Source: Hypanus sabinus (lineage: Eukaryota). From it: DNA of 64,000 bases. The notes below the pieces were generated by a model, which was given only the letters and a program-made list of their open reading frames with translations, made no database searches and was not told the origin of the DNA. Positions 48,209 to 62,100 of the stretch are shown in pieces (position 1 is the first letter of the stretch; every line of letters starts with the position of its first letter). The stretch covers positions 2,852,001-2,916,000 of the forward strand of contig NC_082730.1 in the NCBI RefSeq assembly GCF_030144855.1, written 5' to 3'. Position numbers and translations under genes: made by a program.

Positions 48209-51200
48209 TGACCTTGCACAACCGCCATTCAATATCACAGCTCATTGTCCTGTTGCAATGCTGGAACTCAGACTGAGCCATTTCTTGCTCCACTTATGTA
48301 CTGGAAACTAAAGTTAATCACCGCCTTCCCCACTGTTGTGCTGGAATCCAGGGTCAATCACTGCCTCCCCCACTGTTGTGCTGGAATCCAGGGTCAATCA
48401 CTGCCGTTCTCACAGCTCTGTTGGAATGATGTAAACAAGCTTGAAGGGGTACAGAGAAAATTTCTGGGTCCGGTGGATCAAAATTATCTGGAAATATTGA
48501 ATAGGTTATGACTGTATTGCTGAGAATGTAGAAGAATTAGAGTAGATTTGATGGAGGTATAATGCTATGCTGGAGGTATTTCATTTTAGCAGTTCTGTAA
48601 GAACAGTCTGTTTTGTTTGGGTTTGAACTAAGATAAAAGGCTTGTAATTCAACTCAGGAATGTGCCGTCAGCCAATCAGGAGAGTGGAATGGGGAAAAGG
48701 TTCTGGAGAAAGCTGGGTTGAAAGTTGAAAGTTTTTGTTGGTGGGAGCTGGGAGAAGACGCGGGAAAAGAGGGCTGAGGATGCCATCCCTATTGCAGAAG
48801 GTGCTTTGTGCAGGTGATTGGCTTCAAGAAGGAAGACCCAGTTCTCCCATGGGAGAGCCATTTGTTCGAGATGGATTTTGAGGGACGTTGGGAAGCTGGT
48901 GTGTGGTTTCATGCAGACGGAAGGTCCAGCATGTCAGTGACAGAGGAGTTCAAGATCATCTCCAACGTCAGTGCACATCTGAATATTTAAGAGTAATGGG
49001 CCCTTTTTTTCAGTCCTTCATTTGATAACTGTTTGTTTAAATTAACATTCCTAAATATACTTATTTTTAATTGTATGCACTGTACGATCTGTTATTTCTT
49101 GCCGGGGGCAGTAAATCACACAGCGTTCACACAAAGCAGGGTTTGGCTGGGCGAGACATCCCAAGCTGACGGATTTGACAGGACACAAGTTGTACACACT
49201 CTAGATGTATGAAGCCGGAGAAAGGTGGGTTTATCGTGATCCATTGGCTGTTGGTGAGGGGCTAACAAGACAGATTTCCAGAGACATCCAGTATAAGGGG
49301 GTTTTAGAGGATTACAAAATTATAAGGGGTAGAGACAGAGTAAATACATGTAGGCTTTTTCCACTGAGGTTGTGTGGGACTAAAACTGGAGGTCATGAGT
49401 TAAGGGTGAAAGGCGAAAAGTTTAAGGGCAACATGAGGGGAAAGTCCTTCACTCAGAGGATGGTGAGAGTGTGGAATGAGCTGCCAGCACAGGTGGTTCA
49501 TGCAAGCTCGATTTCAATGTTTAAGAAAAGTTTGGAACAGTACATGGATGGTGGGGGAATGGAGTGGTTTGGTCCCAGGGCAGGTCGATGGGAATAGGCA
49601 GTTGAAATGGTTTCAGCATGGCCTAGGGCCTGTTTCTGTGCTCTATGACACTATGACCCTATTTGCCTCCATCTGGCCCATATCCTTTTGAACATTTCTT
49701 ATCAAACAGACAGAAGAGAGTGCAGCTTCTGGACTCCGGAGCAACACAAAATGCTGGAGGAACTCTGCATGTCAGACAACGTCTGTGGGGAGAAATGGAC
49801 AAATGATGTCTCCTCTCTCCCGGTGAAATGGAGACACATCTTTTTCCCTTATTATGGAGAGAGAGAGCCTGTGGAATGTTGAATACCAGGTGAATGGTTA
49901 TTCTTTGGGGTACGGCAAGTCTGTGTCTTTATTGATGCTTGAGTGCTTGGTGGAGGAAACTGATGCATTGTTTTTGCTAGTGGGGGAGGGAGGGGTTGTT
50001 TTTGCTAGTGGGGGAGAGAGGGGTTGTTTTTGCTCGTGGGGGAGGGAGGGGTTGTTGCTGTACTGCTGCTTGTGTGTGGAAGGGAAGATGGGGAGGGCTT
50101 TGGGGTTACTAAAGTTTAACTGTCATCCATTCTTTGGGGACTCTGTTTTCATAGATGTTTGTGAAGAAACATAGAACATGGAAAAGTACAGCACATTACA
50201 GGCCCTTTGGCCCACAATTTTGTGCCGACCCTCAGACTCTAGCTCCCATATAACCCCCCCCCCCCATTAAATTCCTCCATATACCTGTCTAGTAGTCTCT
50301 TAAACTTCGCTAGTGTATCTGCCTCCACCACTGGCTCAGGCAGTGCATTCCACGAGTACGTGGAATGGGCTGCAGGCAATGGTGGAGGAGGCGGATACGA
50401 TAGGGTCTTTTAAGAGTCTCCTGGATAGGTAGATGGAGCTTCAAACAATAGAGGGCTATGAGTAACCCTAAGGTAAGGACATGTTCGGCACAGCTTTCTG
50501 GGCTAAAGGGCCTATGTTGTGCTGTAGGTTTTCTATGTTTCTATGTCTATGTAAATCTGTGATTTTGAATCGAATAGGGAAATGTTGGATTTTCTTGTGG
50601 TTTAACTTAATCACATTCTTGCTTGTATTTATAGATGATCACATGCATCCATAAAATAGTTCTGAGAATTTTCCAGTAAATATGGCACAGTTGCTTCATA
50701 CATATTGATTTTCAGTAGCAGTCGTTTGCTACATATCTCTTGCTATTTTGTAGGTTAATTGCTATGAATTGTTATACTCTAGTCTGAGTGTAAGCCACAA
50801 CAACTCTTTTTGATTGGTCTTTTCTTTATTCTTTTAATTATTATTTTGCTCTTGTAGTCCTTAACAAATAGATCATAACCAATGTTTTATGCTTTATTCT
50901 TGATTTTCAAAGAACCTTCGGATCGCAGATGAATCATGATCCAACAATAGGGTGACCTGGAGCTCATCTTTCGGCATGCAAGGTATTCAGGTAAGAGTCT
51001 GATAACTTTTAGAATAAACACACACAAAATGCTGGAGGAACTCCCTGCTGAATTCATCCAGTATTTTGTGTAGATCCTGCCTGGCCTGTTGAGTTCTTCC
51101 AATATTTTCTGTCTGTTGCTTGAATTTCCAGCATTGGCAAATTTTATCTTGATTGTAACTCTTGTAATAGCCGTCTTTGAGCCTGGTTAGATGTGACTGT

Positions 51201-51266
51201 CATGTCTGCTGTCATATGGGAGAAGGGAATCACACACTCAGCGATTCCAGAACAGCTTCTTCCCTT

Positions 51267-51910
51267 TATTGGAGTATTGGAGTATAAAAATATTATGCAG
51301 TATAAAACTTGTCTCGTTTGCTGTGTAACTAGTCAGTCTGCTATGCATGTACCCAATTTAGTAGAATGAAGTCTTAGGAATGTAGAAGACAATAGTATGT
51401 TAATGAGAGGTAGCTAAAGAAATGTAGATTAGAACATTGCTCAGTTCTGGGTTTATTATCTGCTATGCATGTACCCAAGATGAAATGCTAGGAATGTAGA
51501 AGACAATGGTGTGGTAATGAGAGGCAGCAAAGAGGTGTTTTGCTTTGAACTTGTTTGCTGTGTAACCAAAACTATGTAGTCAGCCTTGATGTAGATTATG
51601 TAGTTTGAACTTGCTATTTGCTATGCATGTACCCAATTTAGTAGGAGAATGAAATCTTAAGAATGTAGAAGATGGTGTGTTGGTGAGAGACAGCTGGGAG
51701 ATGTGGATTGGAACATGATTAAGTCAATGGGACGTTCGTGTGAAACTGGACCAGGATTTTGCTATAAAAAATGCCATGTCCGAGGATAGGTGGGCAATCA
51801 GCGACTAGCTCAATGACTGTCTCAGCTTTGATTTGCAAACTAAAGTTTAACCCTTCTTGAAGAATCTTCTGCGTCTCTTGGTCATTTGCGAGGCACAAAA
51901 AACCACAACA
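51267..51910 (+). mobile_element. Solo LTR, probably retroviral, copy B only
   Basis: 644-bp insert flanked by a CCTT duplication; ends ...ACAACA; three internal direct repeats of gctatgcatgtacccaa...gaatgtagaaga; TATAAAAA near 51765; empty site at about 35447-35462. Confidence 0.7.
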
Positions 51911-54900
51911 CCTTCTGCCATCCAATTCCTAAATGGATATTGAATCTTTGGACACTACCTCACATTTTTTAATACATAGTATTTCTGTTCTTCCAAATTT
52001 TTTTATTCTATTCAGTATCTGTATACAGTAATTGATTTACTTGCTTATTTATTATTATTATTTATATTTTATTTTATATTTTTTCTCTGCTAGATTATGT
52101 ATTGCATTGAACTGCCACTGTCCAGTTAACAATTTTCACGTAACATGTCGATGATAATAAACCTAATTCTGTGAAGAGAGAATATCCAGTGTCAGGGTGT
52201 GCACTGAACCCGGATATGAAGAAACAACAAAATAGACAGTAGGTTCAGGAGTAGGCCATTCGGCCCTTCTAGCCAGCACCGCCATTCACTGTGATCATGG
52301 CTGATCATACACAATCAGTACCCCGTTCCTGCCCTCTCCCCATATCCCTTGATCCCACTAGCTATAAGAGCTCTACCTAACTCTCTCTTGAACGCATACA
52401 GAGACTTGGCCTCCAAAAACCCTTTTGTGCTCTAGGATTTTCTATGGTTCTATGTTTCAAACCCTTCAGTCCTAATAACACCTCCATAAATGCACCTTTT
52501 CCAATTTAATGACATCCTTCCGTATACCTCGGTGATCAGGACTACACACCATAAGACCACAAGACCATAGATATAGGAGCAGCATTAGGCTATTTGACCC
52601 ATTGAGTCTGCTCTGCCATTTCATCATAGTTAATTAATTTCCCTCTGTCCCAATCTCTTGCCATCTCCCTGTATACTTTCATACCCTGGCTAGTCAAGAT
52701 TTCATCAACCTCCACTTTAAATTTATTCAATGACTTGGCCTCCACAGCTATCTGTGGCAATTAAATTCCACAAATTCACCACTCTCTGATTAAAGAAATT
52801 CCTTATCATCTTCGTTCTAAATGGATATCCCTCAACTGCCCGGCTGTATCCTCTGGTCTTAGACTCCCTCACCATAAGAAACATCCTCTCTGCATCCATG
52901 TTATCAAGGCCTTTCAACATTAGATAGGTTGCAATGAGTTCCCCTTCATTCTTCTGAACTCCAGTGAGTACAGGTCCAGAGCCATCACATGCTCCTCAGG
53001 TGAAAAACCTTTCAATCCCAAAATCATTTTTGTGAGTCTCCTTTAAACCTTCTCCAATGTTTGTGCATACTTTCTTAGGAAAGGGGCCCAAAACTGCACA
53101 GAATACTCCATGGGAGGCCTCGCTAGTGCTTTATGAAGCCTTAACAACACCTAGGTCATTCGCATCTACATCAGTTTTAACATGATATCGCAACTCGTGC
53201 ATTCAGTGATCCAACTGATGAAGGCAGGTGTGCCAAATGCTTTCTTCATTATCCTGTACTGCTGCCACTCTCAAGGAGCTCTATCTTTGTACCCCTCGCT
53301 CTCTCTGTTCTACAGCACTGTCCAAGGCTTGCCTTTTGCTGTATATATTATGGTCTGGTTTAACTTCCCAAACTACGACACTTTGTACTTATCTGTGTAC
53401 AGGAAGTAGACAGAGCACCAAGCGAAATGGCGTCATAACAACAACCAATCCCTCAATGCCATCAAAACAAAAGAGTTGTTCATTGATTTCAGGATGAAGC
53501 AGTGTACGTACAGCATCAATGATGTAGAGGTTGTGAAGTTTGAGCCCTTCAAGTTCCTAGGAGTGAACATCAACATCCTGTCCTGTTCTAACCATGTGGA
53601 CATAATGGCCAAGAAAGCTCACCAACTCCTCTACTTCCGTAAGAGACTAAAAATCTTTTGGCATTTTCCCCTCTCTGAGTTTTATTAATGAAGTAAAGGA
53701 AGTATCTGATCTGGAAGCATCACTGCTTGATATGGACACTTCTCTGTTTATGAGTGAAAGAAACTGCAGATAACCGTGGACATGTCTCAGTTTATGATGG
53801 AAACCACCCTGCCCTCCATCAATTCTGTTTACATTTCTTGCTGCCTGCGCAAAGCCGCCAACACACCTCAGACATTCTCTGTTCACCACAAACACCCCCC
53901 CCCCCCCACCCCATCGCAAATCAGGCAGATAATCAAAGCCTAAAAGTCATGTCACTAGGCTGCAGGACAACTTCTGTCATCAATATCATTATATCATCAC
54001 CATGTGCTGTGTTGTATAATGTGGGTGATCATGGCTTTTGACCGTGATTGTTCTTGGCAATATTTTCTACACAAGTGGTTTGCCATTGCCTTCTTCTGGA
54101 CAGTGTCTTTACAAGATGGGTGATGCCATCCATTATCAACACTCTTCAGAGACTGTCTGCTTAGAGTGGTCACATAACCAGGACGTGTGATATGCACCAG
54201 CTGCTGATCTGACTAACCATCGCTTCATGAAACCCTGATCAGGGCCAGGGGTGGGTGGGTCTCTCAGCAGATGCTACAGTTTTCCCAAGATTCACCCGCA
54301 GGCCAGTGGAGCGAAGGAGCACCTCACACCTCCTTGGTAGAGACGTATCTTCACCTCGCCATTCACCAGCTTCTATAATACTGTTATCAGACCTTAGAAC
54401 AATTTCCAGTTATAATAAAATTACAGCTTGATCTCACAATTTACCTTGCTTTGACATTGGCCACTATTGTCCACCTGCACTGCAGTTCTCTGTAAATGCA
54501 ACACTTTATTCTGTATTCTGTTATTGTTTTTTTCTTTTACCATCTCAATGCACTTGTCATGAACTGAGCTGTATAAAGAGTATCCAGACAAATTTTCACA
54601 TTTGTACCTGTAACAATAATAAACCAATTTACCAATTTCTCCACAATGAATACAAATGTGCAGTATTCATTTCAGACCTCACCCATCTCCTGAGGCTCCA
54701 CACAGAGATGGTCTTATCATTCCTTATTATCTCCCGAGTTACCCTTGTTCTTAATTTAATTGGAGAATATTTTAGGATTGTCTCATCTGGCAACGCTGTC
54801 CTTTTAGCCTCCTGATTCCTTCTTGTGTTCTACATCCCTTTTACTCCTCAAGCGATTTACCTGATCCCAACCTATACTTCATTGTTTTTCTTTGCCAGAG

Positions 54901-55477
54901 CTTCAATATCCCTCTTCAACCAAGATTCCTTAACCTTACAATTTTTTTTCCCTTTCACTCTAACAGGAGTATACTCTCTCTGAACTCTCATTACCTTTTT
55001 TTTCTACAAGGCTTTCACTTGTCAGACTTCTTTTTACAGACAAACAGCCTCTCCTGGTCCACCACAGCCAGTTCTTGTATAATGCCATCAGAATTAGTCT
55101 TGTCCCAATGTAGGAATGTACTGGCAAGCTGGATGGAACCCAAACCCACATGGATAACTTCACTCACCTCACCACACCACTGAGGAGCAGAAGATATTCT
55201 TATTACTGAGAATTCGGAAATAAGAAGAAGGTGATAACTTTGGTGGAATTCTACTATTGGCCTCAGGTGTTCTGTGGGAATCACAGGACCAAATATGTAG
55301 GGAGTTCACAGATAAGTGTGAAAGAACAACTGGATTTCAATGGTCAGCATTCTTAATTTCCATAATATTGACTGGGACTACCATAGTGTTAAAGGTTTGG
55401 ATGAGTTTGAATTGGTTGTATCCAGAAACGTTTTCTCACACAATTTCCAGTGGACAAAACACAAGCCATTAGCCCTC

Positions 55478-57650
55478 AGCGTTACATTTGTGGGGGCTTA
55501 TCTGGGATAGAATTCTATGGGTGCTTTATGACCACTCTGCTTAAATAAAATTCAGTTGGAATGGCAGCAGCTGCTTTTCGGTGCTGGTGTGTGGCTGCAA
55601 AGGTGGCAGAGAGTAATGTGTGTGTGTTGAGGGGGTGGAGACTAGTGTACTGGATGAAGTGTTATTTCGAGGTTTGAGTGCAGTTAAAACTTTTGGCAAA
55701 GTGGAAATCGTATCACAGAACTTTGATTTTGAGACAGATACAGATCTGGTGTTAGTGCAGACAAGTGAGGACATAACAGGGGCGGAGTTCCCAGAGGAGA
55801 CTGGCATCCCCGGAGAGGCGGAGCCATGGCACCTGCAGAGTGTCAGGGAGGGAGGGGCCAAAGCTCAGTGAGCAGAGTTACCAGCAGAGGCGGGGAGGAG
55901 ATCTTAGGGAACGGATTCTTTCGGTGCTGGAGGATGAAGGGAAGGAGTGGTCAGATTTGGAAAAGTTGGTCATTTCCCGCTCCACAGTGAAAGGCGAGAG
56001 TTCTGAGTTCGCCTCTGCACTCACCTCCTTAGCGAACAGGGCAGAGGGGCCCTGCCAGAAGTCAAGAGTCTTCTCGGGGATAACACCCACTCCCGAGGGT
56101 GAAGAGGATTATGAGACATGGGTAGAGCAAACGTCGCAGTTGTTAAGTGGGAGGACTCTGTCAACAGAGTGAGATCCTCAGTTGTAGCCCCCGGTGGGAA
56201 TGGGAGCCAGCTCCAACCAGCAACTGATAAAGGAGGTGGTGGCCGAGCTGAGGACAGAGGGGTTGGTAGGGAGGGCTTTGCCCCCCCCAAAGGACGGACA
56301 GCACAGGATGCTGAGAGTAGCGGGAGGTCTGCAAGAAGAGGGGCAGCTGGTGATGTGTGCTATAACTGTGGGAAAGAGGGGCTTATGAACAAAAAGAGGT
56401 ATGTCCAGAAGGTGAAGTTCTCCCAACTCCTGTCAGGAGACCGAATCCTCACCAGGAACTTGGGACTACCTGGGAAACACAAGCTGGCTGATCGCTGGGC
56501 AGGTACACCCTATGTAGTACAGAGTCAGTTGCAAAATCTACCGGTTTTCTGGGTGAGGCCCGAGGATGGGAGAGGCCTGTCAAGATTCTCCACCGGAATC
56601 ACCTGTTGTCCCTGGGGCGAGGTGTACAGGTAGAGCGGGAGCCCAAGATGCCAGCTGCGCCTCGTACCAGGACTCTGCATCCATGCAGGGTGGATGACGA
56701 GCCCACCCCGGGAGAGTCCGGCCTGGGCCCAGTCCCTGTGAGGGATACTGACTCGGAGGATGATGACTTGGAAGATTGGTACATGCTGCCATTCGCTGAT
56801 GCCCCCATGATGGAAGAGGAGACCCCTGGCCCTTTCCCCACTGGGTTAGACAGGGTAAGAGGGGCTAGTGATGAGAAGTTGGAGGTACCACTGAATGCTG
56901 GAGAGGAGGATGTGGGACCTGAGTGAGAGACAGCGGGTTCTGAGGTGCAGAGGAGCATGGGTGACCACTCACAGGAGGATTTGCCTCGTAGTTTCCACGA
57001 ATCTCCCGTATTGTCAGAGGTGGAGGAGTTAGAAGAGTGGGTGCACAGATCACAGAGAAGTAGGCACCCCTCAAATAGGTTGGCCTATGTAGCACCTGGG
57101 GAACAGGGTATGATCTCCAGTTTTCGGGAGTTATGCCACTGGTTTCTGCACTTGGATTGGGCTGTGTGTTTTGCAGGAAGGGTTGGTGAATTATCTGAAT
57201 GTCATGAGGGCATGACTTAATTCCATGGGGGAAGAATGTAGGGTTCTCAGACGATGAATTGTAATGTTAACTGTTAACTGCATATATAAAATGGCTTCTC
57301 TGTAGCAATAATGAAATGGCTTCTTTGTATGTAACAGATGAGGTAATGCTGTTTAGTTGAAATGCTTGGGTTATAATTATTGATAACGGAGGAACTAACC
57401 AATGGAAGCGATATTATTCTATCTGTATGTGTGGGAACCTGGAGTCAGTGTGCAGGGTTTTCGGGAGGAGAATCAGGGAGGAAAGATGTGCTGGACTTGT
57501 TCTGTTCAACCACCAATGTTGGTCCCAGGCGGCATGTCGAGGAGGTCGGAGAAGATCGAATGGTGGACAGAAGGTTTTGATAATTGAGCTCCAGTGATTG
57601 TGCCTGAACTGACTGAACTCTGATATGTTTTGGCACCCTTTTCTTTCTTT
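55478..57650 (+). mobile_element. PNMA-type Gypsy element, copy B: gag, internal deletion of most of pol, integrase C-terminus, PPT and partial 3' LTR
   Basis: Degenerate Pro PBS at about 55490; gag jumps at about 56383 to GKHKLADRWAGTPYVV; polypurine tract ggggggaagaa-like before TGTA at 57238. Confidence 0.8.
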
Positions 57651-57659
57651 TTTATATTG

Positions 57660-60600
57660 TAGACTGCGCAGGCGTGTGACATAGCGCGCCAAAGGTTTAA
57701 AAAAAAGACCACCATATACAGCGGCCAGCGTCGGAGTGGAATGAGTCAGAGTGGGACGGCTTTGGCTCAACAGGCTTCAGTGTGAACAGGCAGAGGCGAG
57801 GGTAGGTCCCCGCTAAGGTTTGTTTATGTTCATCTAGAGTAGAGAGAATGCCAGGCAGGATGCTGGAATGCTCCTCTTGAAGGATGTAGGAAATCAGGGA
57901 GACCTCTGGTGTCCCTGACAATGAAACCTGCAGGAAGTGCATCCAGTTGCAGCTCCTAACAGACCGCATTAGGGAACTGGAGCAGGAGCTGGATGACCTC
58001 CGGATCATTAGAGAATAAAGAGTTTATAGATAGTAGCTATAGGGAGGCAGTTACACCAAAGGAGCAGTGCACAGGTAATTGGGTTACAATCAGGCAAGGG
58101 AAGCGGAAAGGGCTGGCAGGGAAGGGCTCCCCTGTGGTCATTCCCCTCAACAAGTATACTGATTTGGATACTGTTGGGGGGCCATGACTGGCCTGGGACA
58201 AGCTGCGGCAGCTGGATCTCTGGCACTGAGTCTGGTTCTGCAGTGCAGAAGGGAGGGGGGAAGAAGAGGGGAGTGGTAGCGATAGGGGACTCGATAGCTA
58301 CAGGTACAGACAGGAGGTTTTGTGGTCATGACAGAGACTCCCAGATGGTTTGTTGCCTCCCGGGTGCCAGGGTCAGGGATGACGCTGATCGCGTGCACAG
58401 CATTCTGAAGTGGGAGGGTGAGCTGCCAGATATCATGGTACACATCGGTACCAATGACATAGGAAGAAAGAGTGAGGAGATCCTGAAGAGTGAGTATAGA
58501 GAGCTTGGTAGGAAGTTAAAAAGCAGAACCTCGAGGGTGGTAATCTCAGGATTGCTACCTGTGCCACGTGCCAGTGAGGGTAAGAATAGGAAGCTCTGGA
58601 GGATGAACGCGTGGCTGAGGACCTGGACTAGGGGGCAGGGTTTCAGATTTCAGGATCATTGGGACCTCTTCTGGGGCAGGTAGGACCTGTACAAGAGAGA
58701 CAGGTTACACCTCAACCACAGGGGGATCAATATCCTTGCAGGGAGGTTTGTTAGTGCTATTGCGGGGGGGGGGGGGGGGGTGTTTAAACTAGATATGCAG
58801 GGGGATGGGAACCAGTGCCAGAGTAGATAGTGCAGCAGGGCTGAAAATAAATGTTGTTGAAGTTTCATGTAAAGTCACAAATAGAAGGGTTGTGTGTGGT
58901 GGTAACAATCTTCTGAGGTGTGGGAAAGGCTGACGAGCTGAGGGCATGGATTGAAATGTGGAATTATGACATTGTAGCCATTAGTGAAACTTGGCTACAG
59001 GAGGGGCAGGACTGGCAGCTTAGTGTTCCAGGGTTCTGATGTTTCAGATGTAATAGAGGCAGAGGCATGAAGGGTGGTGAGGGGGGGCATTGCTAGTCAG
59101 GGAAAATGTTACTACAGTGCTCAGCCAGGACAGATTAGAGGGCTTGTCTACTGAGGCCATATGGGTGGAGCTGAGAAACAGGAAAGGTATGACCACATTA
59201 ATGGGGTTGTATTATAGACCACCCAATAGTCAGCGAGAATTGGAGGAGCGAATCTGGAGAGAGATAACAGACAACTGCAGGAAACAAAAAGTTGTAATAG
59301 TAGGGGATTTTAATTTTTCACACATTGATTGGACTGCCTTACTGTTAAACGTCTAGATGGGTTAGAATTTGTGAAATGTGTTCAGGAAAGTTTTCAAGAT
59401 CAATATATAGAGGTACTGACGAGAGACGATGCAATATTAGATCTCCTATTAGGAAACAAGTTAGGACAGGTGACGGAACTGTGTGGGAGAATACTTTGGT
59501 TCCAGTGGTCATAACACCATGAGTTTTTACTTGATCATGGATAAAGATAGATCTGGTCCTCGGGTTGAGGTTCTAAACTGGAAAAAGGCCAAATTTGAAG
59601 AAATGAGAAAGAATCTAAAAAGCGTGGATTGGGACAGGTTGTTCTCTGGCAAGGATGTGATTAGTAAGTGGGAGGCCTTCAAAGGAGAAATTTTGAGAGT
59701 GCAGAGTTTGTATGTTCCTGTCAGGATTAAAGGCAAAGTCAATAAGAATAAGGAACCTTGGTTCTCAAGGGATATTGGAACTCTGATAAAGAAGAAGAAA
59801 GAGATGTATGATGTGTATAGGAAACAGGGAGCAAATAAGGTACTTGAGGAGGATAAAAAGTGCAAAAAAATACTTAAGAAAGAAATCAGGAGGGCTAAAA
59901 GAAGACATGAGGTAGCTTGGGCAGTCAAGGTGAAGGATAATCCACAGAGCTTCTACAGGTATATTAAGAGCAAAAAGATAGTACTAGATAAATTTGGTCC
60001 TCTTGAAGATCAGAATGGTCGGCCATGTATGGAACCAAAAGAAACGGGGGAGATCTTTTATTTTTTTATTGCGTCTGTATTTACTGAGGTCATGGAACCT
60101 ACACAGATTGAAGAGGAGGAGGTGCTTGCTACCTTGAGGCAAATCAGAGTAAATAAATCCCCAGGACCTGACAGGGTATTCACTTGGACATTGAAGGAGA
60201 GTAGTGTTGAAATTGCAGGGGCCCTGGCAGATATATTTAAAATGTCGGTATCTATGGGTGAGATGCCGGAGGATTGGAGGATAGCTCATGTTGTTCCATT
60301 GTTTAAAAAATGCTCTAAAAGTAATCCAGAAAATTATAGGCCGGTAAGTTTGACATCGGTAGTAGGTAAATTATTGGAAGGAGTACTAAGAGATAGGATC
60401 TGCAAGTATTTACTTAGACAGGGACTTATTCGGGAGAGACAACACGGCTTTGTGCGTGGTAGGTCATGTTTAACAAATCTACCAGATTTTTTCAAGGAGG
60501 TTACAAGGAAAGTGGATGAATGGAAGGCTGTGTATGTTGTCTCCATGGACTTCCGTAAGGCCTTTGACAAGGTCCCGCATGGGAGGTTAGTTAGGAAGAT

Positions 60601-61245
60601 TCAGTCGCTAGGTATACATGGTGAGGTAGTAAACTGGATTAGACATTGGCTCAATGGGAGAGAGCCATGGAGTGGTAGTGGAGAATTGCTTCTCTGAGTG
60701 GAGGCCTGTGACTAGTGGTGTGCCACAGGGTTCAGAGCTGGGTTATTTGTCATCTGCATCAATGATTTGGATGATAATGTGGTAAATTGGATCAGCAAGT
60801 TTGCTGATGATACCAAGATTGGAGGTGTAGTGGACAGTAAGGAAGGGTTTCAAAGCTTGCAGAGAGATCTGGACCAGCTGGAAAAATGGCAGATGGAGTT
60901 TAATACAGACAAGTATGAGGTATTGCACTTTGGAAGGACAAACCAAGGTAGAGCATACAAGGTAAATAGCAGGACACTGAGGAGTGCAGTAGAACAGAGG
61001 GATCTGGGAATACAGATATAAAATTCCCTAAAACTGGTGTCACAGGTAGATAGTGTAGTAAGGAGAGCTTTTGGTACATTGGCCTTTATAAATCAAAGTA
61101 CTGAGTATAAGAGTTGGAACGTTATGATGAGGTTGTATAAGACATTGGTGAGGCCAAATTTGGAGTATTGTGTGCAGTTCTAGTCACCGAATTACAGAAG
61201 TATATTAATAAAGTTGAAAGAGTGCAGAGAAGGTTTACAACAGGT
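57660..61245 (+). mobile_element. Near full-length CR1 LINE (5' UTR, ORF1 zinc finger + SGNH esterase, ORF2 EN + RT), 3'-truncated and disrupted
   Basis: ORF1 CRKCIQLQLL and VVAIGDS...HIGTNDIG; ORF2 VIVGDFN, NYRPVSLTSVVGK, DFRKAFDKVPH and SKFADDT. Confidence 0.9.
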
Positions 61246-61619
61246 GCAGTGGCGGCAGAGGAACAGAGAGAAGGGAATAGTGTTTTTATAAGGTAGGGCT
61301 GAGAAGAGGTATCGGCAAGATAACTGAAAGTTAGTAGGCTTGTAAAAGACACCTATCTCCAGAGATGAAACAGAGCGATCGAGAAAGGGGATTGAGATGT
61401 CAGAGATGGTTCAGCTTCTTTCTTCATCCCCCATCCCCCCCTCACCGGCTCTCAGCGATTACCTGCTCGATTATATTTCTTCTCCCCCCAACCTTGTTAT
61501 TCTGGCTCCCTCTACCTTTCCGGTCCTGATGAATGGTTTCCGTTTGAAACACAAACTGTTTATTCCTCTCATTTGCTGCCGCCTGAATTGCTGAGTTTCT
61601 CCAGCATTCATGTGCTTTG

Positions 61620-62100
61620 TCATTAGATCATATGAGATCCAGCAAGAGCTTGCCACTTGGATACAAAACTGGCACATTGGAAGGAGTCAGAGGGTGTTGG
61701 TGGAGGGTTGTTTTTCAGACTGGATGCCGGTTACCTCTGGTGTGTTGCAGGGGTCGGTACTGGGTCTTTTATTGTTCATCACCTATATCAATTATTTCCG
61801 TGAGTATGGTGTTGGCATGTTTGGAAAGTTTGTGGATGACATTAAAATTGGTGGGATAGTGGACAGTGAAGATGATTACCAGATCGTGATGAACTGGAGT
61901 GAGTGGACCAAATTTGAACAAATGCAAATGATTGCAGTTTGGTAACTTCAACCAGGCCAGGAATTAAAGAGTAAATGGGACGGCCCTTGGGATTTTTGTA
62001 GAACAGAGAGATCTAGGGATACCAATACACTGTTCGCTGAAAGTGATGACACAAATAGACAGGATGCCGAAGAATGTATTTGGCACACCTTCTGAGCTCT
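61620..62100 (+). mobile_element. Degenerate CR1 RT fragment
   Basis: VTSGVLQGSVLG and GKFVDDIKIGG motifs. Confidence 0.7.

Larger units (their letters stand above)
40299..56382. repeat. Segmental tandem duplication, copy B
   Basis: Colinear with 21026-40298, with copy-specific insertions. Confidence 0.95.

Noticed and set aside
48325-48404. 40-bp tandem duplication in copy B
   Set aside because: A simple local slippage in non-coding DNA with no further structure.
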